DNA of 64,000 nt from assembly GCF_030144855.1 (NCBI RefSeq), contig NC_082714.1, positions 94,240,001 through 94,304,000 of the forward strand, in the 5' to 3' direction. This document shows positions 26,791 through 39,200 of this stretch, one piece after another; within the stretch, counting starts at the first letter, position 1; each line of letters starts with the position of its first letter. The translations under genes were made by a program, and so were the position numbers. The notes under the pieces are model-generated. The model had not been told where the DNA came from. It did no database searches and saw nothing but the letters and a program-made list of their open reading frames with translations. Source of the DNA: Hypanus sabinus. Its lineage: Eukaryota.

Positions 26791-28578
26791 ATAATATAAC
26801 CTCTCAGCCTTAATACCTGACCTCTCGTTCTAGTCTCACCCAGCCTCAGGGGAAAATGTTTAACGCCAATGTTTTGCTTAGAGCAGTAACTTGGTAGAAG
26901 CTGATTTGAACTATTCTCGTCTTTTATATTTCTATCGCACATCTCACAATACTTCAACATCCTGTTTACTAAAGTGCGTTTCAAAGTGTGATTTGTTTAC
27001 ATTGGAAAATAACACAAGCTTTTTTGAAATTTTATTCCATCTTTAGTTTACCACTTTAAAAGATGATATGTAATCTCGTTAACAGGATTAAATGGAGTAT
27101 CAATTTTTCTAGAGAGAGATCTGTCCATTCAAACTTTCTGCTCAGACCATCGGGTAGAATCCAGCTGACTATTTTACACCCCAAGTTCAACTGCTTTAGT
27201 CTTCTTTACGTTTTTAGTTGCTCTGTGATCCAGTTTTCTCTGTGATTCACTGCATAGAAGACCACTCCGTCTATCCTCGCCGCACTTTTACGTTGTTATT
27301 CCTAATATTTCCCCGTGTGAGTTATTTCCCCTGCTAGTAGCTCAAAAATAAGGTATTTTATTTCTAGAATCGAATAGTTTAATATTTTATGTAAATTAAT
27401 TGTCTTATACTTTCTATTTTATATATATTTTATATTTTCTGCACAATTGGCTCATGACAATCAAAGACACTTCGTAAACTGAAGAAAACAATCAGGCGAT
27501 ATGTAACTCTGTTCAATCATGTCCCATTTCCCGACAGAGAGAGGCTAGCAGTTGCCCTTTCGTGGTCACTTGCTCTCACCCTTATTCCAGCATGCTCGAT
27601 TTTTTTTGTGTAATGTTGAGACTTTGGAACATTTCAGAATTATCATAACCAAAAGGCTCCGGGTTTGAGCTCCGATTTCAACTTTTTTTCTTTTCTTTCC
27701 TGCAAATTTCTTTACTCCGCTGACTACCCCTGCACTCGCGTTTGCATGGACCGTACTTTTTTTGGATACTAGCTTCCAAAGTGTACCTTATTCATAGTCA
27801 GATACCAAAAAAATATATTATTTGTATCAACTCCAGCTTAATTCGGAATGAAACAGTTGCAATCTATCCAGAGAGTTCCTGATCCTTCTCAGCAAAACAC
27901 AATGTTTCTAATGTTACGCTAGAAAAACAGGAAGGAACACGAATAGCAAATGGGTTTAGGGAGTGAACGTTGAACAATATTCAATAAGTAAATAATCCCT
28001 GTAGATCGGTTACTTCTCTGATCAGCAATAAAATGTAGGACCCTACTGCATGGGTAGCATGGCCCTTTAGACCACAATGTTGTGGCAATTATTTAACCTA
28101 TTCTAACCTTTCCTTTTTATATTGGTCTCCAATTTTTTAATCATCATGTGCCTATTTAAGTGTGTTTTTACTGTCCCTAACGCATCGGCCTCTGCCACCA
28201 ATCCGGCAGCACGTCCAGCGCACACTTAACTCTGTGTAGAAAACCTAACACTGAAATCTTTCTAATGTTTCTCCAATGAACTTAAAATTATACTCCCTGG
28301 ATAGGTTGCAACTGTTTCATTCCGGAGTATAATAAAATAATAACTTTTTGGTATCTGACTATGGACAGAGCGGTGGTTATTGAAGTGAACTGTGTTATCA
28401 TTGCAGGTACCATAACATTCTCCCGGGCCTGACACTGTGATGGCTTAATTCCGAAGCGACTGCAACTTTCATTGCGTTGTATTTCCTTGCACTCAATAGC
28501 AGCTATCTGCCTATATCTACACATTTCACATTTCCTCACTTTATTGAACTCTATCGGCACCACTTATTTCATTTAATC

Positions 28579-28581
<3 letters not shown>

Positions 28582-28612
<31 letters not shown>
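28582..28612. repeat. (TA)n microsatellite
   Basis: Direct reading. Confidence 0.95.
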
Positions 28613-28614
<2 letters not shown>

Positions 28615-29074
28615 CGTAATTTATGGATCTTAATGTTCCAGAGCACATAACAGTGATTTTAAACCTGTTTCTAATTCTTATTATCACCGTGTCCTTTTAT
28701 CCCTCTCACTCTCTATTTTTATATCTAGACAGGATATTTAACGTTTTCGGAAATATTTGTAATCAATGTTCTGGATCTATAATCTGCAACCAACCTCTAA
28801 TCATTCGTACTTCCTTAATGAATGTATCGTTAGAAATCAAAATTCTGGGATATAAAAATGAATGGTTATTTTCGCTTGCAAATGCCCCATCCCTGCATGT
28901 TTGTCTTTAACTGCAATGTCGACTTTCCTTTGGCGAATTTCCTTCTGCACACGGTTATGTTCGCTCTGTCGAATCGGTGCAGAAATCGGCAGTCAGGTAT
29001 CGAATTCGTTCTACTCCTTATGATTTTTATTGCCGTTTCTGTGTTCGTACAGACAGATTTAACGCGAACCAGTG

Positions 29075-29775
29075 ATTATTAGTTCAGTGGTTGGTGAGTT
29101 GATGGAGAAGATCCTGCCAGGCAGGATTTATGAATATTTGAAGAGGCATAATATGATTAGGAATAGTCATCATGCTTAGGCAAAGACATGTCGTGCCATC
29201 CGAACCAGATGGAATATTTTGAGGATGTGACTAAACACATTGATGAAAGTAGAGCCGTGTATATGGATTTCAGCAAGCCGTTTGATAAGTTACCCCATGA
29301 AGGGCTTATTGAGCAAGTAAGGAGGCCTGGGATCAAGGGGACATAGCTTTGTGTATCCAGTGGTTGTAGACAGGTCATATTCTTCATGGAGGACCGTGAC
29401 CAGTGGTGTGCCACAGGGATCTGTTCTGGGAAACCTACTCTTCGTAACTTGTGTAAATGACATGGATGAGGAAGTGGTGGGATGGGTTAGTAAATCTGAT
29501 GGTGACACATAGGTTGAGGGTGTTGTGGACAGCGTGGAAGGCTGTCAGAGGTTACAGCGGGACATTGATAGCATGAAACTGCGCTGAGTATTGGCAGATG
29601 AAGTGCACCCAGATAAGTGTGAGGTTAGGGTTTTTTAAGAGGCTTCTGAATAGATACATGGATCTTAGAAAAATGGACTGTTATGAGTAAGCCTAGGTAA
29701 TTTTTAAGGTAAGAACATGTTCGGAAAAGATTTTGGGCCGAGGGGCCTGTAAAATGTTTCAGGTTTTCTATGCTT
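29075..29775 (+). mobile_element. Internally deleted CR1 RT fragment with 3' tail
   Basis: [16 protein letters not shown] remnants and a ttctatgcttctatg tail. Confidence 0.75.
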
Positions 29776-30289
29776 CTATGTTGCTATCTCTTTCCACCTC
29801 AGACAACAAGAGCGGTCGGATGAGCTGTACAGAAGTGAGACCACGCGGGAGAAGAAATGCAATATAAATACTTTGATTTTGCTCAGGGTTATTTCGAAAA
29901 TAGAACAACACAGTGTAACACAGAAACCGACTCTTCCGTTGACAATATTTTGCCGAGCTAATGCAATTATTGCTTATAAACATACTGAACTAATTAATTC
30001 AGCATAGACAAGTCCACAACTCTTCATTCTTTGAACAGTGACTGTTTAACTTTATTTGAAGAAGCTGTAAAATATTCCAAATGGGACAGCGCCAATCTTT
30101 CATTTGCACCTCCGCATTCTGGGATAGCTAATGCCTACTTTATCTATTTTGCAGACCTCCGATTTTATAAATGTCCGTAGCATGGTCACTCAGCTTCCGT
30201 CGCTTCAATGGAAGAATTTCTGTCATCTCAGGTTTCTTCTTTTAAGTCGAGCGCTTCAATTACCGTTATTTTCTTATGAATCTTTTATG

Positions 30290-31070
30290 CACACCCTCCA
30301 TTAAATCAGGTAATGGTTTATGGTATGGCAACCAGAAATACACGAACATTCCAGCTGCGGTCTCACCACCATCTTGTATTGCATGTCCCCTCTGATGAAG
30401 GTAAACACGCCGTTTTTTCATTATCTCTGATACGGCATGCCATCTAAATTTTCGACAAACCTTGATAAGTGCAAGCTGGGAAGTATCATGACTGGTTCCA
30501 TCGCAGCCTGGTATGGAAACACCCGTGCCTTTGAACGAAAGGCCTACAAAATGTAATGGGCACACCCAGCACATTGCAAGTAAAGCACTCCCTATATATA
30601 AATACATCAAAAAGGAGCGTCGTCGCAGGACAGCAGCGTCTATTGTTAAGGGCCGCATCATTCACACCATGCTTTATTGATGCTTCCATTCGAAAGCAGT
30701 GCAGACGCCTCAGGTACGCCACACCCAGATTCATAAACAGTTGTTATCCTTCAACCATTAGGGTGCTGAATCCCAACATTGAATTGATTCCACAATCTAT
30801 TGACTCACATTCTAGAACTCTGCCTCTCAATTTGTTAATGTTCTTTATTCATTTCTCTATTTTTTTTAGTGTTGCAGAATTTGTTGTCGTTTGCAAATTG
30901 ATTGTTTGTCTCTCTTTGCTTCTATGCAGGTTTAGAATGTATCTATTGTTCTTTTATGTACTGTGAATGCTCGGACGAAAATGGATCTCATGGTGGTATA
31001 TATAGCATTCACAACAAATAACAGAAAGATGAACGTGCCAACACTTTGTTAATAAAGTTACTTTGAACTT
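30290..31070 (+). mobile_element. Rex1/Babar-like 3' end fragment
   Basis: ITAWYGN-like remnant (atcgcagcctggtatggaaac) and a terminal aataaagttactttgaactttg. Confidence 0.5.
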
Positions 31071-32389
31071 TGTTGGCACTGTTGGCACTGTGTTGGCATG
31101 TTGTAGAATTGTCGTTTGCGCTTCAATGCCTCATAGGAATCAGAGAGTGGGAATAAAGGGATCCTATTCTGACTGGCTGGAGGAATTGATGTAGCCAGAG
31201 AGTGGAGATTGACAGAATGTCAAAGGTTACGGGAGGAAAGGCAGGAGAATAGAATAGAAAAGGATAATAAATTAGCCAAGCTGGAATGGTGGGAAAGATT
31301 TAATGGCCTAATTCTGTTCCGATGACTTGCTGTTTTATGGGATTATCCTTGCTTTTTCACCTCACTCCCCAAAGCTGATTCTGAGGATTCCTTGTGGAAT
31401 CCTTTCACAGCTGAAGCGAATCAGATTTAATCGTACAGTTGAAGAAGTTTGATGGGGCGAATGAGCTCCTTCTATCCCCGTGACATTCTGGAGTTGCTCA
31501 CTGTTTTCTCTCGCACTCCTCCAACGCTAAGCTGATTTATAGCATTGGCTTGACCCCGAGAAGGCAAGCGAAATAGAAGATTTTTCCATTCGGATATGAC
31601 GTGCAGTAGCAGGTGTGCTCTCGGGAAAGGCGGTCAGATAGAGTTCCAGTCACTTTCTGCTGATTTTCTGGCCTCCTGGGAGTCATGTCCAAGAAGATGT
31701 CAATCGGCTGCAGAGTAGATGTCTTTCCGAGGGTCTGCGAACTTACGTCAGCTAAATAACGTTAAGCAATTTCAAACACACCCAGTTGTGAAACTATCTG
31801 TCGCACACGATATACCATCTGCTGGAAGCATCAACTCGCGACATCTCTAAGAAATTTCTCCGACGCTTTTAAAAACTCTTTCAAGAAGAGATGAAGTAAA
31901 GATCTGGGAAGTTGATTGGTGGAAGAGATACAGGGCTGGAAAGGGGGGAGTCTGATAGATGAGGAGAGAAAGTCATGAAAGAAAGAAAAGAGGGGAGAAG
32001 CACCAGAGGGAGGGGAGGTGATAGGCAGGTAAGGAGATAGGAGGTGAAAGTAAAAGGGAGATGGGGAGTGGTGAAGAAGAAGGGGTGAGCATTATAGGAA
32101 GGTCAAGAAGTCCATGTTCATGCATCAGGTTGGAGGCTATCCAGATGGAATGCAAGATGTTTTTCCTCCATCCTGAGTGTTGCCCCTTCGCGGCTGTAGA
32201 GGAAGCGATGGATCGACATATCGGAATGGGAATGTGAAGTGGAATTAAAATGGATGACTTATCTGAAACGGAATTTAACTGTATTTTCTTCAAATTTGCT
32301 AAATTCGGCTTGATATAATTCCAGAATTTTAAGAAGGCATCAGTTACAATGTACAAAAAAAAACACAGACTGAACAGCCAGGGCGTGTT

Positions 32390-33370
32390 GTACTTTCGAT
32401 GCCACGCGTTGCTCTTATGAAATGCAGAGGAGTCTTGACCTGAAAGCAGAGCCGCGGAGACGATTAAGCGATCTATGATAACTTTACCAATAAACTGCAA
32501 AATAAAAAAAAGCCTCAAGGGGCCAGAGAACCATAGAAAATCAACTGCAGCCAACATGCTACAGGCAACAAGGTCTATTTTAACCAGGATCAGTAAAAAG
32601 AAAGAGCAAAGGGATGAAACGGCTGCAGATGAAGAGTCTGGAAAGAGGGGCAGGCAAATCCAATAAGCTGGCTGGAGACTGTGAGCTGCCTGCAAGAGCA
32701 GCATAGGAAGCGTTAGGCCTGACAGTTGAATGGTATATCCAGCTGCAACTGAGAAAAGGCATATGAAAAATTCACAGGTCGAAGAAGTGTGGTTAAAAAT
32801 CTGACAAATGATTCAAGGGCTAGATTTAAAATAGCACGTTAAAATGTACAATAAAAAAGACTAGTTAACCAGAGCGATGTGTATTTTAGTTTCCACGCGT
32901 TGTTGTCAGGAAATAACATAAGAGGTCTGATCTAAGACCAGAGCAGCGGAGACGATTCAGCAGCGAATAATATTAATAATGGACCAGAAAATAACAAACC
33001 ATAAAGGACCACAAAACTAGAGAAAAAGAAACTAAGCAGGGCGGGGAACAAGTTATAACAAGTTATAAAGAGAGTTAAATCTAGGAGCAACAAAATAAGG
33101 TTGGCTGGTTCGATTAGTGAACAAAGACTGTAGATGAGATCTGGGGATAAATAAACAACAGATGAGGAGTCCGGAAAGAGCGGCAGATGAATTCAGTGAA
33201 CCGAGTGGAGAATGCGAGGAGTCTGCGTGTGAAGCTGAGAGGTGTCAGAGGGGGTAGGCCTGACTCTTGCATGGTTTATCCAGCTGTAACTGAGCAAAGG
33301 CAATTGGAAGTTCACAGATCAGAAATTTGCGGTTAAAACTCTGACAAATGATTCAAAGGCCAGATGTGAA
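32390..33370. repeat. Diverged tandem duplication, two ~450-490 bp units (about 32390-32830 and 32880-33370)
   Basis: Shared colinear blocks: ccacgcgttg, gcggagacgatt, cagatga.gagtc.ggaaagag, atccagctg.aactgag.aaaggca, ctgacaaatgattcaa. Confidence 0.75.
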
Positions 33371-36011
33371 ACTGACCTCGTTCAATATTGACTGGTGCAT
33401 AATATCCTGTAAACCCGCGTTCCCAGTCCAGGGTTTACACTGTTAAACAAGAATGCATTCTTCTGGCGTAAAATTCTCATAATGCCGATCTGAACAGACA
33501 TCTTTTTACCACTGAAATTCTGTAAATGATTGTGTAAAGCCACGTTAGTTCAGTCGGCTGGACATCTAAAGTTGACATGCCATCTTATTGCTACCATCAA
33601 GGAGTAGGAAGAGACATGAAACGTTTCAGCTACAGATTGTTTCCCTCTGCCATCTGATTTCTGAATGGACAATGAAGCCATCACATTACCTCAGTATTTT
33701 CCCTCTCTTTTTCTACGGCTGATTTAATTTAATGTTTATACTTACTAATTGTGATGTTTATTATTATACTTTTCAATTTAATGCTGCCGGAAATCAACAT
33801 ATGGAGGCGATATTAAACCTGATTCTGATTCCAATAACTGGGCCAATTCAGACCCTTACCACCTTGCTTGCCTTGACAAAGGGAACTCTGAGGTGCGGAG
33901 TTGGAAAGAGCCCACAACGAAGAGCGGAAACAGGGAAGGGGAGATGTTAGGGGAGAATTGGTGAGCGGACGGAGGGTATTTGAAGCTACCACTAATAATG
34001 GATTCACGGTATTGGTCTCCAAATGAAACGATGGGGACTTCCTCTGCTTAAGAACGCACAGAGTCAAATGCACCCACAATAAAAACATATTAAACAAGAA
34101 AGACAAGAATCCCAGTTCGATTACAGTCAGTTGACACACTGCTTTAGATCTAAAAATATTTGCCAGACTTATGGTAAGTGTGGGATGATTTACATCAAAT
34201 TCAAGTTCAATTTACTGTCACTCAACCTTACACAAGTATATAGGCAAACTACAAAGGCTTTCCTCCGGGTCAAAGTCCGTCACGATACAGTGCACAGAAC
34301 CCACACACAACACGTGCAATAATATTACCACAAATAAAATAAATTCCAGCAGATTGACATTTTGTCAGTCTGCACTTCAGCAGCGATTCCCATAAAGCCT
34401 TGTGATGTTTCCCGTCAGCCGAGGTTCCGTGTGGTGCTAATAATTAGACAAGGGCATGATGTTTGAACCAGGATATGGATGTACGGGGAAATCCGTAGCG
34501 GTTGAGCAGCTTTCTCCTGGTGGGACACACTTACATCACGGGCGTGAGGAAACAATTCGGAATGATTCCTCAGCCGCCTGCTTCCATTCATATCCACTGT
34601 TAATAAATATCATGCTGCATCAGATTTAATGAGGCAGTTATTCCGACATTCTTTGCCGTTTGAAAAGGAGAATCATACATTTCCTCCAGTCTTTGATACA
34701 AAGAATTCCTTAACGTCACTCCTGTAACCCTGGTTCTGCACTCCTGCTAGAAGCTCCGGACCGGTAGTGGGTTCTTTCTAACCGACGTTAATATATTGAA
34801 AACCCATTCAATAATTCTTCACTCTTATAAACGCAGAGATATTTTCAAAATCTTCGAGGGGACCAGAAGGTTGTACAGAAACTTCAAACCCAGTTTGAGG
34901 AATGCTTCTAAGAAAGTATCTCGTGTATTATTTGGACGGATTATACTTAGTGCATTTTGAACAGTTTTCGGCCTCACATCTAGGAATTCTGTGTTCGCAT
35001 TGGGGAGGACCCAGATAGCGTTGACGAGAATGATTCCAGGAAAGAAAAGGTTACCGTATGGGGACCGTTTGGTGGCTGAAGTTTTGGAGAATGAAGACAG
35101 ATCTCAGGGAAGCACGTTGAACAAAAGTCTAGCTGGAGTGGACGTTGAGAGGATGTTTCTTACAGTGGGGAAATCTAAGAGTAAAGGCAAGGCCTCAGAA
35201 TAGTAGGGCCTCTCTTTAAAACAGAGTAGAGGAGATATTTATTTATCCAGGGGGTGGTGAATCTGTGGAATTCAATGTCATGGGCGGTGGTGAAGGTCAA
35301 ATTTTGAGAATACATAAAGCTGAGTTTGATAGTTTCTTGATCAGTAAGGATGTCAAAGGAAGGCAGAAAAATGGTTTTGAAAGCGATAGGAAATTGGCAA
35401 CGATGGAGTAACGAAGTAAAGTCGGTGGTCAGAATGCCCTAATGTTTTCCTATGTCATGTGATCTAATGGTTTATGGCCTAATACCACGCTGTATTCCCT
35501 CAACGGCCAAAGAACTCTTTATCGGATGTGGGTGAAGAATTTCTCCAGATGCTTCGGGAGTTTGCCAAGCAGCGGTTTCTACACGCTCAAGATTCAAGAG
35601 ACAAGATTGTTTATTCTCATGTTTCAGCACACGACTTTATAATAGAACAAAATGATTGCTGCTCTGAATCCGTCGCAGCATAAACGACACAATAAACATA
35701 AGTAGAAAGAAGCACAATAAATATAAAGGCAATCCTTTAAAACACAATATACAATTGTACAATAACTGATTGAGCAACAGCGTACATTATACCCACAACT
35801 GGAATAAGTTCGAAAATGGTCATTGATTAATGCAAAGCCGATCTTTTTAATCATATTATAATATATATAATTTATACAAAGAAAAGAAAATCGAAAAAAA
35901 AACTCCAAGGGAAGTTTTGAGATGAGAGAATGCAAACTACGCAGGAAGCCTGTGTTCTTCACTTAAGGCTTGGAATATGGCTGAATCGCGATATCAATGT
36001 TTGTCCAACAT

Positions 36012-36017
36012 TTTATT
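36012..36017 (-). terminator. Candidate polyadenylation signal AATAAA of the VJ-C1-ITIM gene
   Basis: AATAAA on the minus strand ~135 nt after the stop codon. Confidence 0.55.
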
Positions 36018-36151
36018 CACATTATGAATGAGCCCGTACAAATCTTGTCAATCCAGGAGCGTCAAGTCTTGAGTCGGTCAGAGGGTTTTAGTGTGACCCC
36101 AGGTTCGGTCAAATTCTCCGTAATCCATCCAAGCAGAAACCAACCAGATTC

Positions 36152-36214
36152 TCATCTGAGGGGAGAGGATGATGCAGCGAAGTCGAGAGAGGCGTAAATA
36201 ATCGGCGCTTGGGA
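36152..36214 (-). CDS. Exon 6, cytoplasmic with ITIM (SQAPIIYASLDFAASSSPLR*)
   Basis: Acceptor cattccag|. IIYASL (36202-36185) fits the (I/V/L/S)xYxx(L/V) consensus. TGA at 36154-36152. Confidence 0.85.
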   Translation of the reverse strand, partial: SQAPIIYASLDFAASSSPLR

Positions 36215-39200
36215 CTGGAATGCATACGGAACATTTGGAATTAAAGTTATCGCACTAAAATATGGCTTCTGTTTCATAATTCCCCGATGACTCCGTTCGT
36301 AACCATCATTTTTAGTTCTCAATACCAAACATCAAATCTGTGAATCTTAGAACGGCGTTCAAACAAAGTCCGTACCTGAGCCGCACTGCTGTGTCCCTCG
36401 CACGTCGCTGACTGACGATGTGTCCCTGTTTATTGAAAGGGTATGAATTAGAACTATTATCTGGCAAATTTTTAATTAATCACAGAAATGACTTTTTGTC
36501 ATAATTCCCAAATATGACAATTAACCCCAATCTACTAGCTAATCGGTCTATGCTAATAGTTTCTAATTATTTCGTATTCACCAATTGCTCTCTGATGTGT
36601 CATCACTTTCTTATTCATTCTCCAAAATAATCATGACCCCATCATGAGAATAGTTCCCAAGTACACAAAGGAACCCGTCATGGAATCGCATACACCACTG
36701 AAAGCATAACGTTTAACAGGAGGCTTAGATGCGACTCACGAGGAAATATAGAAACATTATAAGACCATAAAGAATTAGATCATTCATCCCATCGAATCTG
36801 CTCCTTCATTCCGTCATGTCTGATCCTGCATCCCACTCAACCCCATACACCTACTTCCTCGCCATAAAGTTTGATGTCCTAACTTATGGGAAAGCGATGA
36901 ATTGTCGCTTTGAATATACCCAAGGTCTCGGCTTCCACAGCTGTGTGCGGCAGAGCTTTCCAGAGATTCACTACTCTCTGGCTAAAATATTCATCCATAC
37001 CTTTGTCGCCCCTCAATTCAATTTTGAGGCTCTGCCTGTTAGTCCTGGACAACCCCATGATACGAAACATCCTTTAAACATTCGCTAGGTTTCAATCACA
37101 TCCTCCCGCATTTTCCTAAACTCCAAAGCTGCCAAACGCTCCTCATATATTAACCTTTCTCATTCTCGGAATCAACTTCATAAACCTCCTCTGGATTCTC
37201 TCTAATGACACTGCTCTTTCTTTCTTTAATGCATCCACGAGGAGATTTTGAAATATTATGTGGGGAGTTCAGTTGGTCCTGGGATTGGGGACGCAATAAC
37301 CAATTGTCACAAGATAGGTACAGATAAGGATAATTCGGCGATTGCCATGTTTGTCTTTGTTGGAAAGGATGTTGAGTATAAGAGTAGGGAAAACATGCTG
37401 CATCGATATAAAACCCTGTCCTGACTGCACGAAGAGTACTGAGTGCATTTCCAGTGGTCCAGTTACAGAAAAACAGAGCAAAGCACGCAGAAGAGATGGA
37501 CAAGGATGCTGTCCAGGTTACTGGTATGATGTACATGCAACGTTGGACATACCTGGGTTGTTGTATAACACAAATGTATTAAAAATACAATAAAACCCCA
37601 GCACATGCAAGACAGCAAATGCGGAAAATACCAAGAGAAACCAAAAGCAATCCAACATATCACAGGATCCTGCCACAGTTTAACTCAATGGGTAACTTAG
37701 ACAGGCAACATCAAGTGGCAAACATCATTCAACAAAATTTTTGCTCAGAAACGCAAAATTATGAAATAAATTACACTTCACTATACATAGAAGCCTCATC
37801 CATTTTAGAGTCAATGTCATCCAAATTATATTATGATCGATCCCTTATTGCTGATAGACCAATCCATAATTACCGTCTTGATACAGTATTACAGGGAAAA
37901 CAAGAAAGAAAAGCTTGCTCAACAGCCATTCGAAACACAAATAACATACAACAATCAATGAGCTAAAACCAGCAGATGACTGCTGAATTAAAAGAAGAAA
38001 TTGAAAGTCTATGAAAAATGAACAGGGAATAAATATATTGTTTCAATAGTAATATCTACGAATAGTATCATCTCCATGTCACTATACAATAGCATTAAAG
38101 ATTAGGCACACAAAACGCCATGTATGTAAATACTCAGAAAACCACAATACTAAATGCCATTTGGATAGTCCGAACGTTCGAAGAAATTGAGTAATATGTA
38201 TGCTTGTCTATCCCTGTACCTCAGTTTTACCAGCTCGAACTGAGAAAAAAGTAGTAATAAGAGCTCAAAAGGAAAAATGTCATGATCATCGTCATTATGT
38301 GCCGGGTTATGCCCAGACGTTATTAGAGAACGTCTGCCTGGTTTAGTGGTCACATAACCAGGACTGGTGATGTGCATCAGCTACTCATATGACCATCTTC
38401 TACCTGCTTCCATGGTTTCATGTAACCCTGATTGGGGTTGGAGGGCAGTGAAGCAGGTGTTTAAGGGTGACTTATAAGCTAGAGGAGGAGAAGATCACCT
38501 TAAAGTAGGGACATTCCAACAAGTTACAGGATGCTGCAGCAGTTAACTCAATCTTACTACCTACCCAGGCTCAATCAAATGGTAAACATCATGCAGCAAA
38601 ATCGTGCTCCAGAATCCAGACTCATAAAATACATTGACCATTATCACAAATGCAAGCCCGATTCAGTTTTAGAGTCAATGCTTCAAATTATATTTTGACC
38701 GAACGAGAGAAAATCTGCAAATGCTGGTAATCAAAGTAATAAACACAAAATGATGATGAAGGATCTCAGCCCGGAACATCGACTGTTTACCATTTTCTAT
38801 AGATGCTGCCCGGCTTTCTGAGTTTCTCCAGCATTTTGTTTGTATTGTTATTTTGACATGTTATGACAGATCTTTTGTTGTTGATAAGATAATCCATTAT
38901 AACTGGTAGAAATAATATTACAGATTAAACAAGTGAGAAAACGTAGTTAATAGATATAGCCATTCCAAACACAGAAAACATACAAAATCAACAACAGAGA
39001 AAAAAAAAGCACCAGATTTATGCTGAATTAAACGAGGGAAATAAAAGGCTTGGGATCACGAAGAGGGTATACAGTCTCACAATAGTAATATCCATAACTA
39101 GGTAATCCCACAGTCACTACACAATAGAATTAAAGAATTAGGGCCACATAGCAATGTTTATATACATCCTCAGAAAGCGACAATAATAAACACCTCTAGA

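Noticed and set aside
31973-32704. 243-aa hydrophobic minus-strand ORF
   Set aside because: It runs across the tandem-duplication unit and a pyrimidine-rich dispersed repeat. The sister unit is not open, and I recognise no domain.
38900-39150. YYC-containing frame (SYGYYYCETV) in the intronic duplication, as a possible V relic
   Set aside because: AT-rich and stop-ridden, with no upstream Cys/Trp framework
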